DNA of 64,000 bases. It comes from Eledone cirrhosa (taxonomy: Eukaryota). This document shows, piece by piece, positions 51,797 to 64,000 of this stretch (position 1 is its first letter; each line of letters begins with the position of its first letter). The notes below the pieces were generated by a model that ran no database searches, was not told where the DNA came from, and was given only the letters and a program-made list of their open reading frames with translations. The stretch is from assembly GCA_964016885.1 (NCBI GenBank), contig OZ024743.1:9734001-9798000 (forward strand). Reading direction: 5' to 3'. The translations under genes were made by a program, and so were the position numbers.

Positions 51797-53173
51797 TTGT
51801 GTGTATGTAATTATGTATGTATGTTTGGATGGATGATGTAAGTATGCAATTATATGTATGTACGTATGTGGGTGTCTGTGTGTGTAAGATACTTAAATGT
51901 TTCGAAACATTTGATACACGAAAATGTCACTCTGGTATATATAAATTGCAGCAAAGAAAACAAACAGTAGAGTTTTAGAGTAACGTAACACTAAATAAGT
52001 TCAACTTTTCACCATATATCCAAAGAAATGTTGCCACTAAATTGGAGTAAAGTTTCAAAGTTCTCTCTTGCGTGTATTTTAAATATCGTTGTATGGAGGA
52101 GTTTTATTCTCTCACACAAAATATGACATATATAGGGTAACCCCGATATAATTCTATTTCTAATTCATAAATAACATTCTATGAAATTATATTTATCTCT
52201 CTTATCTGTTAATTTAAAAGTGCTGTTACATGTTGTAAGTACATGTAGATTTTCAATTAATTGTATTTGTTTTGTTATCACACATCCCAAACCACTCTAG
52301 TGATTCGTGTCCACCACATTCAATCATATGTTGTAAATGTCGAGCGAAATTGTCAATTGCTGATTATTTCAAATATGTTACAATTACCCGAAAATGTTAA
52401 TAGAGCATTTTGTGCTTGATCTATGATGGATGCAAAAGGTCAGAAGATACATCTTCATGAAAAGTAATACGCCTTTACATATGTCAATATTGTTAAGTAA
52501 TTCTTGAAAGTGCAATTTGCTGACAACGAGATTGTTGTGACTAAAGAAGGTGGACATATTTAGCAGCTAATGGAATCTAAATACACATACTTCTATGTTG
52601 CTTTCCATTCATTTTCGTTAAGTGTGTTACTTTATAATTTTATATTTATATCAAATTGTAAAATGTTACATAATTTTTAAACCACTCATTACTAGTGCTT
52701 CTGACGGGTGTGGAACTGGCTGATCAAAGAATGGGTTTATTCATTCACTACCATATTCTAGGACTAATACACGATTAGTAATTTAAGATATTTGATTACA
52801 AAAATGGAGTGTAAATATCAGAATAATGAAATTAATCTCTCTCTTTCTCTCTCTCTGTTTATGATTCCTTCTGACTTTAATCTCGATAAAGTCGCAGCAC
52901 AGTTATTTTAGAATTATAACATTGATCTAGGCTGGAGTAATTAACTTCTTTAACTTGAGAATATGGAATCTATAAACAAGAATGTAGACGATCTATATAA
53001 CATCCTATTTAGCTGTTAGATTGTCAAGGCATAGATTTTATCTGCTTATAGAGGACATTCAAATAATCCTCAATACAAGTGTTTTTTATCATTTTCCTCC
53101 AAATATAACATCTGAAGGTGTGATCCCATTTTGATTCGTGGAAGTAAAATAAATTGCTGGGCTTTGGCTTATC

Positions 53174-53990
<817 letters not shown>

Positions 53991-54274
53991 ATTATCGAGA
54001 ATCGAAACTTCGGCCCACGAAATAACGGCCCACGAAATAACGAAAAACAATCTCCGAAATGTGCGGCAAAGTGCTCAATGGTAATGGTTCGAATGAACCA
54101 GAGCTATAACTAACGTTTAATACCAAACACACTGAGACGATGCTTAAACAATCATTCGCACAGCCAAAAAATACGATCAAGTAATTCGGGTCAAACAAAT
54201 AAAAATATACATGATTGAAAAATAAACATGATTGAAAAATAAACATGATTGAAAAATAATTGAAAAAACAAAAT

Positions 54275-54337
<63 letters not shown>

Positions 54338-54382
54338 GAGAGTAAAACAAAGAATCCTTTAATACATCAAAAGTTTTTATTA

Positions 54383-54420
54383 GCCGACAATGTTTCGTCC
54401 TATTAAGGACTCATCAGGGC
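54383..54420 (-). ncRNA. Minimal hammerhead ribozyme (left arm)
   Basis: GCC-CUGAUGA-GUCCU(UAAU)AGGAC-GAAA-CAUUG-UC-GGC: canonical core with GUC triplet. Confidence 0.85.
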
Positions 54421-57400
54421 AATCAAAACAACAAGAAGTAATATCGGCAGATACAAGCCGGAAGCTCCGAAGAATATGGAGTGTACATACACTAAAGTCA
54501 TGCAAAAATATATAATAAAAATAAAAATAAAAATAATAAAAATATATAATAAGAATAACTAAGGATGTATATAACATTAAGAACCATATTACAAATATAG
54601 TCCAAAGCAACTAACCTAAAGCTAAACAAATGTGGTTATATAGAGCAGGAATTATATATAACACAATGTAATATAACATAATACATTATAATAATATACC
54701 TTTACCAACATTAAAATTACAATTAAAAATCAAAAGGTACAATATATACATGTATATATGTGCGCGCACACACACACACACACACACACATACAACAATA
54801 CGCACATCTATGTTCAACTACACGAATTAAGCCTTATTAGAAGTTTGAATATAAAAATATAAAAAATAAGCATGATAAGAGTGAAAATAATACCAATACA
54901 TCTACCCAATATACATGAGGCAATAATATGATATAATTACAAGAGACACATATAATAAATAATAAACAATAAAATTATATAATTCAATATAATATAATAT
55001 CATATAATAGATAATCCCCGGTTAATTTACACAAACAATATAGATGTCACAATAATAATATAATGATAATATGTTAACAATGTACTAACATTTACAATAA
55101 ACAATATATACAAATCGATTCATACTGGGTTACAGAGTAAATGAGGAAAAATAAATTATACAATACTCAAAAAACACTATGATGGTACAGAAAAAATTAT
55201 GATGGTACAGAAAAAATATACAGACATCTTACATGATATGTAAAGTCTAAATATCATAATGTTACATATAATGAACAGTAAGTAATAAGGATCAATATTA
55301 CAATATTACAAAAATACAGACATCTTACATGATATATAAAGTTTAAATATCATAATGTTACATATAATGAACAGTAAGTAATAAGGATCAATATTACAAT
55401 ACAATATAATATAATATATTATATAAAATAAATTGACATAAAATAATATATGAATACTTATAATTACAAGGTTAGTAGACAGACATATGTGGATGTGTAA
55501 GTATAAGCCAGACAGTGAATAGTAAATAGAATATAACATATAGAATAAAATAAATAAATATAATCAACCGGAAATTACAAAACAAAAACAAATATATACA
55601 CATTCAGGTCTCACATGCGGTTAAGTAGTTAGGTAAAAACTAAGGAAAACAATCACTTTAATTGACTCAAAACCCTATTTGATAAATTAATATTAAAAAT
55701 ATTAAAACTATCCAATAAGGTAGTATAATATTAGCTGTAGTTTAAGTCATTAAAGTTTATAAACTTTAATGTTTCGTTACAAATGTTTACAAAAAGGAAT
55801 GAAATTTTTTACTATCATATACATAACGATATCTAAAAAACTGACTTAAGTAGAATTAAGGTAGGCTAATGGGGACAGAATTGAAGAAATATATGGAGGG
55901 TGCAAAGGGGCATAAAATATAGTCGATATACTATAATAAATAATAGAACGGAGCGTAAAAGAGGGGGGGGTTAAATATAATCATAGTCAATCTGGAGTGG
56001 TTGACAATAAGTTTATGTGCGCATGGGGGGAGGGGGAGGGGAGGGGGGTTATCCAAAGATGAATCTGAATAAAATTAAAAATAAAATTAAAAATAAAATT
56101 AATAATAAAAATAGAAATAAAGATAATAATAAAATAAAGTAAATGGCGTAAAGTGTGTAATCTTATATATATTAACAAGGTGTAATAGTGAAAACATAGA
56201 TATGGTACAGTAGCCAAATGATTATGAGAGCTAGAATGAAGAGTCATAAAAAACCAATGGTAATAATGATGATAACAATAATGTTGGCAAACAAAAGAAC
56301 CTAAACTAAAAAATAAGTAATGGAATATATCTGCTAATGGGTACAATTTGTACTACTAGAACGTTTGGGTTTATAATAAAAGTAAGAATTAGAAATGGCG
56401 TGGGGGCAAGAAGAGAATATCTCAGACTTTCTATTAAGTAAGGATACGCTAGAGAAAATTATAGAGTGTGTCTCAAGGTTACAGAGATTATAATTTTCTC
56501 TAGCGTATCCTTACTTAATAGAAATTCTGAGATATTCTCTTCTTGCCCCCACGCCATTTCTAATTCTTACTTTTATTATAAACCCAAACGTTCTAGTAGT
56601 ACAAATTGTACCCATTAGCAGATATATTCCATTACTTATTTTTTAGTTTAGGTTCTTTTGTTTGCCAACATTATTGTTATCATCATTATTACCATTGGTT
56701 TTTTATGACTCTTCATTCTAGCTCTCATAATCATTTGGCTACTGTACCATATCTATGTTTTCACTATTACACCTTGTTAATATATATAAGATTACACACT
56801 TTACGCCATTTACTTTATTTTATTATTATCTTTATTTCTATTTTTATTATTAATTTTATTTTTAATTTTATTTTTAATTTTATTCAGATTCATCTTTGGA
56901 TAACCCCCCCTCCCCTCCCCCTCCCCCTCCCCGCATGCGCACATAAACTTATTGTCAACCACTCCAGATTGACTATGATTATATTTAACCCCCCCCTCTT
57001 TTACGCTACGTTCTATTATTTATTATAGTATATCGACTATATTTTATGCCCCTTTGCACCCTCCATATATTTCTTCAATTCTGTCCCCATTAGCCTACCT
57101 TAATTCTACTTAAGTCAGTTTTTTAGATATCGTTATGTATATGATAGTAAACAATTTCATTCCTTTTTGTAAACATTTGTAACGAAACAGTAAAGTTTAT
57201 AAACTTTAATGACTTAAACTACAGCTAATATTATACTACCTTATTGGATAGTTTTAATATTTTTAATATTAATTTATCAAATAGGGTTTTGAGTCAATTA
57301 AAGTGATTGTTTTCCTTAGTTTTTACCTAACTACTTAACCGCATGTGAGACCTGAATGTGTATATATTTGTTTTTGTTTTGTAATTTCCGGTTGATTATA

Positions 57401-58535
57401 TTTATTTATTTTATTCTATATTTTATATTCTATTTACTATTCACTGTCTGGCTTTACTTACACATCCACATATGTCTGTCTACTAACCTTGTAATTATAA
57501 GTATTCATATATTATTTTATGTCAATTTATTTTATATAATATATTATATTATATTGTATTGTAATATTGATCCTTATTACTTACTGTTCATTATATGTAA
57601 CATTATGATATTTAAACTTTATATATCATGTAAGATGTCTGTATTTTTGTAATATTGTAATATTGATCCTTATTACTTACTGTTCATTATATGTAACATT
57701 ATGATATTTAGATTTTACATATCATGTAAGATGTCTGTATATTTTTTCTGTACCATCATAATTTTTTCTGTACCATCATAGTGTTTTTTGAGTATTGTAT
57801 AATTTATTTTTCCTCATTTACTCTGTAACCCAGTATGAATCGATTTGTATATATTGTTTATTGTAAATGTTAGTACATTGTTAACATATTATCATTATAT
57901 TATTATTGTGACATCTATATTGTTTGTGTAAATTAACCGGGGATTATCTATTATATTATATTATATTATATTGAATTATATAATTTTATTGTTTATTATT
58001 TATTATATGTGTCTCTTGTAATTATATCATATTATTGCCTCATGTATATTGGGTAGATGTATTGGTATTATTTTCACTCTTATCATGCTTATTTTTTATA
58101 TTTTTATATTCAAACTTCTAATAAGGCTTAATTCGTGTAGTTGAACATAGATGTGCGTATTGTTGTATGTGTGTGTGTTTGTGTGTGTGCGCGCACATAT
58201 ATACATGTATATATTGTACCTTTTGATTTTTAATTGTAATTTTAATGTTGGTAAAGGTATATTATTATAATGTATTATGTTATATTACATTGTGTTATAT
58301 ATAATTCCTGCTCTATATAACCACATTTGTTTAGCTTTAGGTTAGTTGCTTTGGACTATATTTGTAATATGGTTCTTAATGTTATATACATCCTTAGTTA
58401 TTCTTATTATATATTTTTATTATTTTTATTTTTATTTTTATAATATATTTTTTCATGACTTTAGTGTATGTACACTCCATATTCTTCGGAGCTTCCGGCT
58501 TGTATCTGCCGATATTACTTCTTGTTGTTTTGATT

Positions 58536-58573
58536 GTCCTGATGAGTCCTTAATAGGACGAAACATTGTTGGC
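58536..58573 (+). ncRNA. Minimal hammerhead ribozyme (right arm)
   Basis: GUC-CUGAUGA-GUCCU(UAAU)AGGAC-GAAA-CAUUG-UU-GGC: two C>U changes relative to the left copy (GUU triplet, G.U in stem I). Confidence 0.8.
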
Positions 58574-58720
58574 TAATAAAAACTTTTGATGTATTAAAGG
58601 ATTCTTTGTTTTACTCTCTTAATTTTTCGGCTCTGTTTAACTGCATTGAGCTATACCTTTTACTGTCATTTCTATAATACGTAGAGGGTGTTTAACTCCA
58701 ACACGCTCCAGTATTTTAAT

Positions 58721-58834
<114 letters not shown>

Positions 58835-58910
58835 ATGGTGAGAATGAGAGAACACGTGTGTATGGATGCGTGTGTGAGAATGAGACAGAAAGGGAGAGAG
58901 AGAGAGAGAG

Positions 58911-59036
<126 letters not shown>

Positions 59037-60726
59037 TGTTTATATAGAGATTTTTGTCGCAGAATTGCGAATGAAAAATGGAAAGAGTGAGGGAATAATA
59101 TGGAGGGTAGATATTAGGTGGAAAGGGAAAGTTGTGATATTATGAATAGCTTGACAGGTGGAAATATGAGGAAAAATGTAGCAAGAGCTATGTCTGTTGA
59201 AATGGATGGTGAGGTCAGGTGAATAAAGTTATATGTGAGAATGCAGAGTAGCTGGGGACAGTCAATAGGACACGTACACTAAAACAAGATAGAAAGTGCA
59301 TTGAAATAGCAAGCAACTACATAACTGCACTAACTGAAGGAATGACAGGCGTGGCAGCATGTCATGTCGTGAACAGTGTATGCACAACATGTTTATATAA
59401 GCCCAAGTGGTATATATAAAATATATATACTTGTATTCAATAATAAAATTACACGAATAAATGCTGATATAAATCTATAGAAAACGTTTGTAAGCTTGAA
59501 GAGAATATTTCTGGTGAAATTTGCGACGTATTTAAAGGTGATGTAGTGCAGAGAATACTATGTCGATTATAGGGTGTTGCTTCTATTTTTTGTGGAGGCA
59601 TCACGGATAACACCATGTATTCAGGCGGATTCTAGGGCTTATTTTAGGCTACGTATTTGAAGACATAAACGAACCGATTGTATAACTCGGGTCTCAGCCC
59701 AGTAAACATGGTAACTTTGGGCTTCAAAGTGGCCAACGAATACGCTGACGTAATTGTACCAACTTAAATATAGAGTGTCTTCAGATAAGCTATTTTACAT
59801 TGACAGTCTCAAATTAAACAAAGCCTGAAATTAAACAATTAATATGAAAAATTATATTTGATTAGCTAGTGATAAACATGTATAATTTGTTTAAATCCTA
59901 AGAACCTCTTAGCCTCATCTACATTCTCCTTCCCCCAAAAGATAACAAGTTTTACACATACTTCAAACAGTGCATAGCTCAATATACCTTCTACACTCAA
60001 TGACTACATATCGCTACCACATAGCATGAAACATCTTATACATACTTCAAACAGAGTACCTTTTATAAGTTCCACATCCAATAACCACATTTTATTACCA
60101 TATAGCATCAACGTTTTTCAGTTTAGATCTACTACTCCAAAATATTGAGTTATTGGAGATCGCTATAATTGTTGTAATTACCTGTATGAACATTCATAAA
60201 GTGATATAATTTCTCTGGTTTTCTTCTAGATTATTTCATAATAGGTGTCTCAGACGAATTAACCACTTTTATGAATTTTCAAAGAAATATTCGCATATAT
60301 TCAATTTAACTAGTATATAGGTAACATTTTGTATGTAACCAATCTACAAAAGATAAAATAAAGTTATCTAATCATTCTTGTTATTGAATAAAATTCCTAA
60401 CCGAGGTATGAATAATATATAATTATTAACAACGTATCACTGAATTGTTCTACGAGGGAAACGATTCAATAAACTATCGAGTGGTCAGATTTATCGTACT
60501 GACCATTCGTTAATTTATTGAATGATAAATATTCCTTCCATCCAAGTCTGCACTTATTGAATACATTTGCTCAACAAAACGCATTGATTACAATAATAAA
60601 ACCACGAAAATTTAGATTGAAACCCTTCTTCTTCAAATTTAGACAAAATCCAGATATACCGGGAAAACTATATCAGTTTTTAGTGAATTAGTCACAGGGT
60701 TATTTACTTTGGTAAACGCCACTGCA

Positions 60727-63700
60727 GGCAAACTCTTGGGTGCTCATCACATTCATACGACCAGCTATCATCCAGCCTCCAATGGAATGGTCGAGAGGTT
60801 TCATAGACAGTTGAAAGCTGCACTTCGCGCTACTCCTGATCCGCAACGTTGGACCGAATTTTTGCCAATCGTGCTTCTTGGTTGTCGTTCTGCCATTAAG
60901 ACAGATTTAGGTTTTTCTTCTGCTGAACTTCTTTATGGTACCACATTGTCTCTTCCTGGACAAATGTTAGCACCAGTGGATTCATCACATCTTGACCCAG
61001 CATCATATGTCCCCAGGATTCGTTCGTATTTCTCGGATCTTCCACCAATGAACCCTCGTGACTAATCTATTTCTTCTGCTGTCCCATCGTGGACACACAT
61101 TTTCATACTGAATGATTCCGTCAAGGGACCTCTTACGTCACCTTATAATGGACCTTTTCGTGTGCTTTCGCACACACCAAAACACTTTACAGCGACTAGC
61201 GCCACCTTGCCCGGGGAGAAAAAACTAATTGGAGTTACTTCCCGTTGAATTCTAGAAGATTCCTTGAACTTCCGGTCTAGGGATTATAAAGGAGGGAGAA
61301 AAGAGACATCCTGGTTTTTGGCGACGATAAAAGTTAATTAATCCCAAGAAATGGCGTAATTGTCTCAAGGATGTTGGTGGTGCTAATTGCTGAATCGCCT
61401 CTACCTTAGATGGCAAAGGACGAATGCCTTCTGAATCTATAAGGTGTCCAAGGAATTCCAGTGAATCTGCACCAAACACACATTTAGCTGGGTTGATTCT
61501 GACCTGGTACGATTGGAGACGTTGAAATAACTGAGATAGATGTTGATGATGATGTTCAGCTGTGTCACTGGCTATCAGGAGATCATCAACGTAAGCAAAC
61601 ACTAAATCCAATCCACGCGTGACTTCATCGATAAAACGCTGGAACGAGCTAGAGGCATTCCGCAAGCCAAAAGGCATGGACAGGAATTCAAATGAAACAA
61701 AGGGGGTGGTCACAGCTATTTTTTGTATATCCTCTGGATTCATGGGCATCTGGTTGTATGCACGTATTAGATCTATTTTGGAAATGTGTGCACATGTTGA
61801 GATGTCCGATGGGACAGCAGAAGAAATAGATTGGTCACGAGGGTGGAAGATCCGAGAAATACGAACAAATCCTGGTGACATATGATGCTGGGTCAAGATG
61901 TCTCTTTTCTCCCTCCTTTATAATCCATAGACCGGAAGTTCAAGGAATTTTTTAGTATTCAACGGGAAATAACTCCAATTAGTTTTTTCTCTCCGGGCAA
62001 GGTGGCGCTAGTCGCTACAAGGCTCCCCTCCAGACGATAGTTGATAATAACCGTAAGGTTATTGTAGCGAGGAGCCGTAGAATAAGGAGCAAGCAAAACA
62101 AAAGGTACATAAATTACAATGGTTTGTAACAGAAGCAAAGTATGAAAATAAACATGCATAAAAATGTAACTGGAACAATACAATTCAAAACAGTACAAGG
62201 GAGCAAGGACAATAGTGCTCAAAATAAGTTCAAAATGTTTCAAAGTCAAATAGTTAATGCTACTAGGTGTTATACGAATATTGTTTTTGAGAGTTTCCGT
62301 GGCCATATTACTGTCCTGCCACTTCGTGTGACATATGGTTGTGTGGTATGTGGTGTTTGCGGTGGAGGTGAAGGTGTTGTGTGGGAGTGTATGTGCGAGG
62401 TATGTCAGGCAATGATGTGAGACTTTCAGAGAAAGCCTTCTTTGCTCTGTCAACGGATGTTACGTCTTTTCGACCATTGACAGCCACTGTAAAGTGTTTT
62501 GGTGTGTGCAAAAGCACATGAAAAGGTCCATTATAAGGTGACGTAAGAGGTCTCTTGACGGAATCATTCCGTATGAAAATGTGTGTCCACGTAGAGGTGT
62601 CCCATGGGACAGCAGAAGAAATAGATTGGTCACGAGGGTTCATTGGTGGAATATCCGAGAAATACGAACGAATCCTGGTGACATATGATGCTGGGTCAAG
62701 ATGTGATGAATCCACTAGTGCTAACATTTGTCCAGGAAGAGACAATGTGGTACCATAAAGAAGTTCAGCAGAAGAAAAACCTAAATCTGTCTTAATGGCA
62801 GAACGACAACCAAGAAGCACGATTGGCAAAAATTCGGTCCAACGTTGCGGATCAGGAGTAGCGCGAAGTGCAGCTTTCAACTGTCAATGAAACCTCTCGT
62901 CCATTCCATTGGAGGCTGGATGATAGCTGGTCGTATGAATGTGATGAGCACCCAAGAGTCGTGATATTTCACGAAATAAGGAAGCTTCAAACTGGCGTCC
63001 ACGATCCGTAGTTATTTTAGTAGGAACACCGAAACGAGCAATCCAATTGGAAATGAAAGCTCGTGCAACGGACTCTGCGGTTATGTCCACGAGAGGTATG
63101 GCTTCAGGCCACCGCGAGAATACGATTGATACAAGTCAATATGTATGTGAACCCACGATTAACGGGCCATGGGCCAACAATATCCATGTGAATATGACGG
63201 AAACGTGCGTCTGGCGGGCTGAATTTCCCAAGAGGAGCGCGGACATGCCGTAAATCTTAGAGCGCTGACACTTCAAACAAGAACGTGCCCAACCGGTGAT
63301 TAAACGACGCATATTAGGCCAAAGAAATCGAGCCGTAATAAGCTTCACCGTGGTAGCTATGCCGGGATACGACAAGGATCGGGGGCAATCTGGAACAAGT
63401 GGTCTGGGTGAGCCAGTAGAAATATCGCAAAGAATTTTTCCTTCAGCAGACGGATGAGGTAAATATTCAAATTTACAGCAGGAAAACTGGGTAGAAGAAA
63501 TGTCCAACGAATTCAGAGTAGGTTGGTCAGTTGCAATGGCAACTAAATTGATATGTGCAGGAGACGCAAGAGAACACACAGAAAGTCGAGATAATGCGTC
63601 CGCTGGTATGTTGGCAGCTCCAGCTATATGACGAATGTCACTGGTGTACTGGGAGATGAAATCCAAATGTCCAGTGAAGCTGTACCAAACACACATTTAG

Positions 63701-64000
63701 CTGGGTTGATTCTGACCTGGTACGATTGAAGACGTTGAAATAACTGAGATAGATGTTGCTGATGATGTTCAGTTGTGTCACTGATAAACAGGAGACCATC
63801 CACGTAAGCAAACACGAAATCCAATCCACGCGTGACTTCATCGATAACACGCTGGAACGTGCTAGAGGCATTCTGCTCCACTAGCGATTACAGTAAAAGA
63901 CATAATCATGAACCCTCCCCAAGGCGTCTCCTACGAGTCTCTGAAGACAGAGGTACTGCGTGGGAAACGCCTTGGAGAGGGTTCGTGATTATGTCTTTTA
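60727..64000. mobile_element. Scrambled Ty3/Gypsy LTR retrotransposon fragments (integrase, RT, RNase H end, LTR pieces, gag)
   Basis: Integrase TTDRGRQFE..YHPASNGMVERFHRQLK occurs on + (60727-61190) and on - (~62430-63370). RT MPFGLRNA..FAYVDD occurs on - (61316-61795), with a partial copy at 63670-63873. PPT ggaggggagcct precedes the LTR start TGTAGCGAC at 62019 (-). A gag-like VKDIIMNPPQGVSYESLKTEVL lies at ~63883-63960 (+). Confidence 0.9.

Noticed and set aside
54380-58576. Paired identical ORFs on opposite strands (e.g. 55987-56346 and 56606-57028)
   Set aside because: By-products of the palindrome; low-complexity AT-rich translations.
63941-63970. CUGAAGA..GAAAC hammerhead-like motif
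   Set aside because: It lies in gag coding sequence across an inversion junction, with no proper stem II or UH triplet.

Overview
This is AT-rich, microsatellite-dense eukaryotic DNA, most likely an octopus or other coleoid cephalopod (inferred from the SINE types and repeat landscape, not proven). I can see no intact host gene, and most ORFs in the supplied track are microsatellite artefacts. At ~0.6-2.3 kb there is a heavily decayed Cys-loop (nAChR-like) receptor pseudogene, possibly of the cephalopod chemotactile-receptor type. The rest is transposon material: a GC-rich Penelope-like element (PLE), several other PLE GIY-YIG/RT fragments, a near full-length L1/Tx1 LINE, a 5'-truncated RTE LINE plus three copies of a short RTE-derived element, a DD37D transposase remnant, a Helitron remnant next to a minisatellite, tRNA-type SINEs and a scrambled Ty3/Gypsy chimera. 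The most striking unannotated signal is a dense, diverse set of hammerhead-ribozyme (HHR) motifs. About ten are readable, including variants with very long stem II. They sit in PLE-type ends next to (TA)n tracts and are often duplicated as foldback inverted repeats, the largest being a ~4.3-kb palindrome with an HHR near each outer end. All alignments and folds were done by eye.
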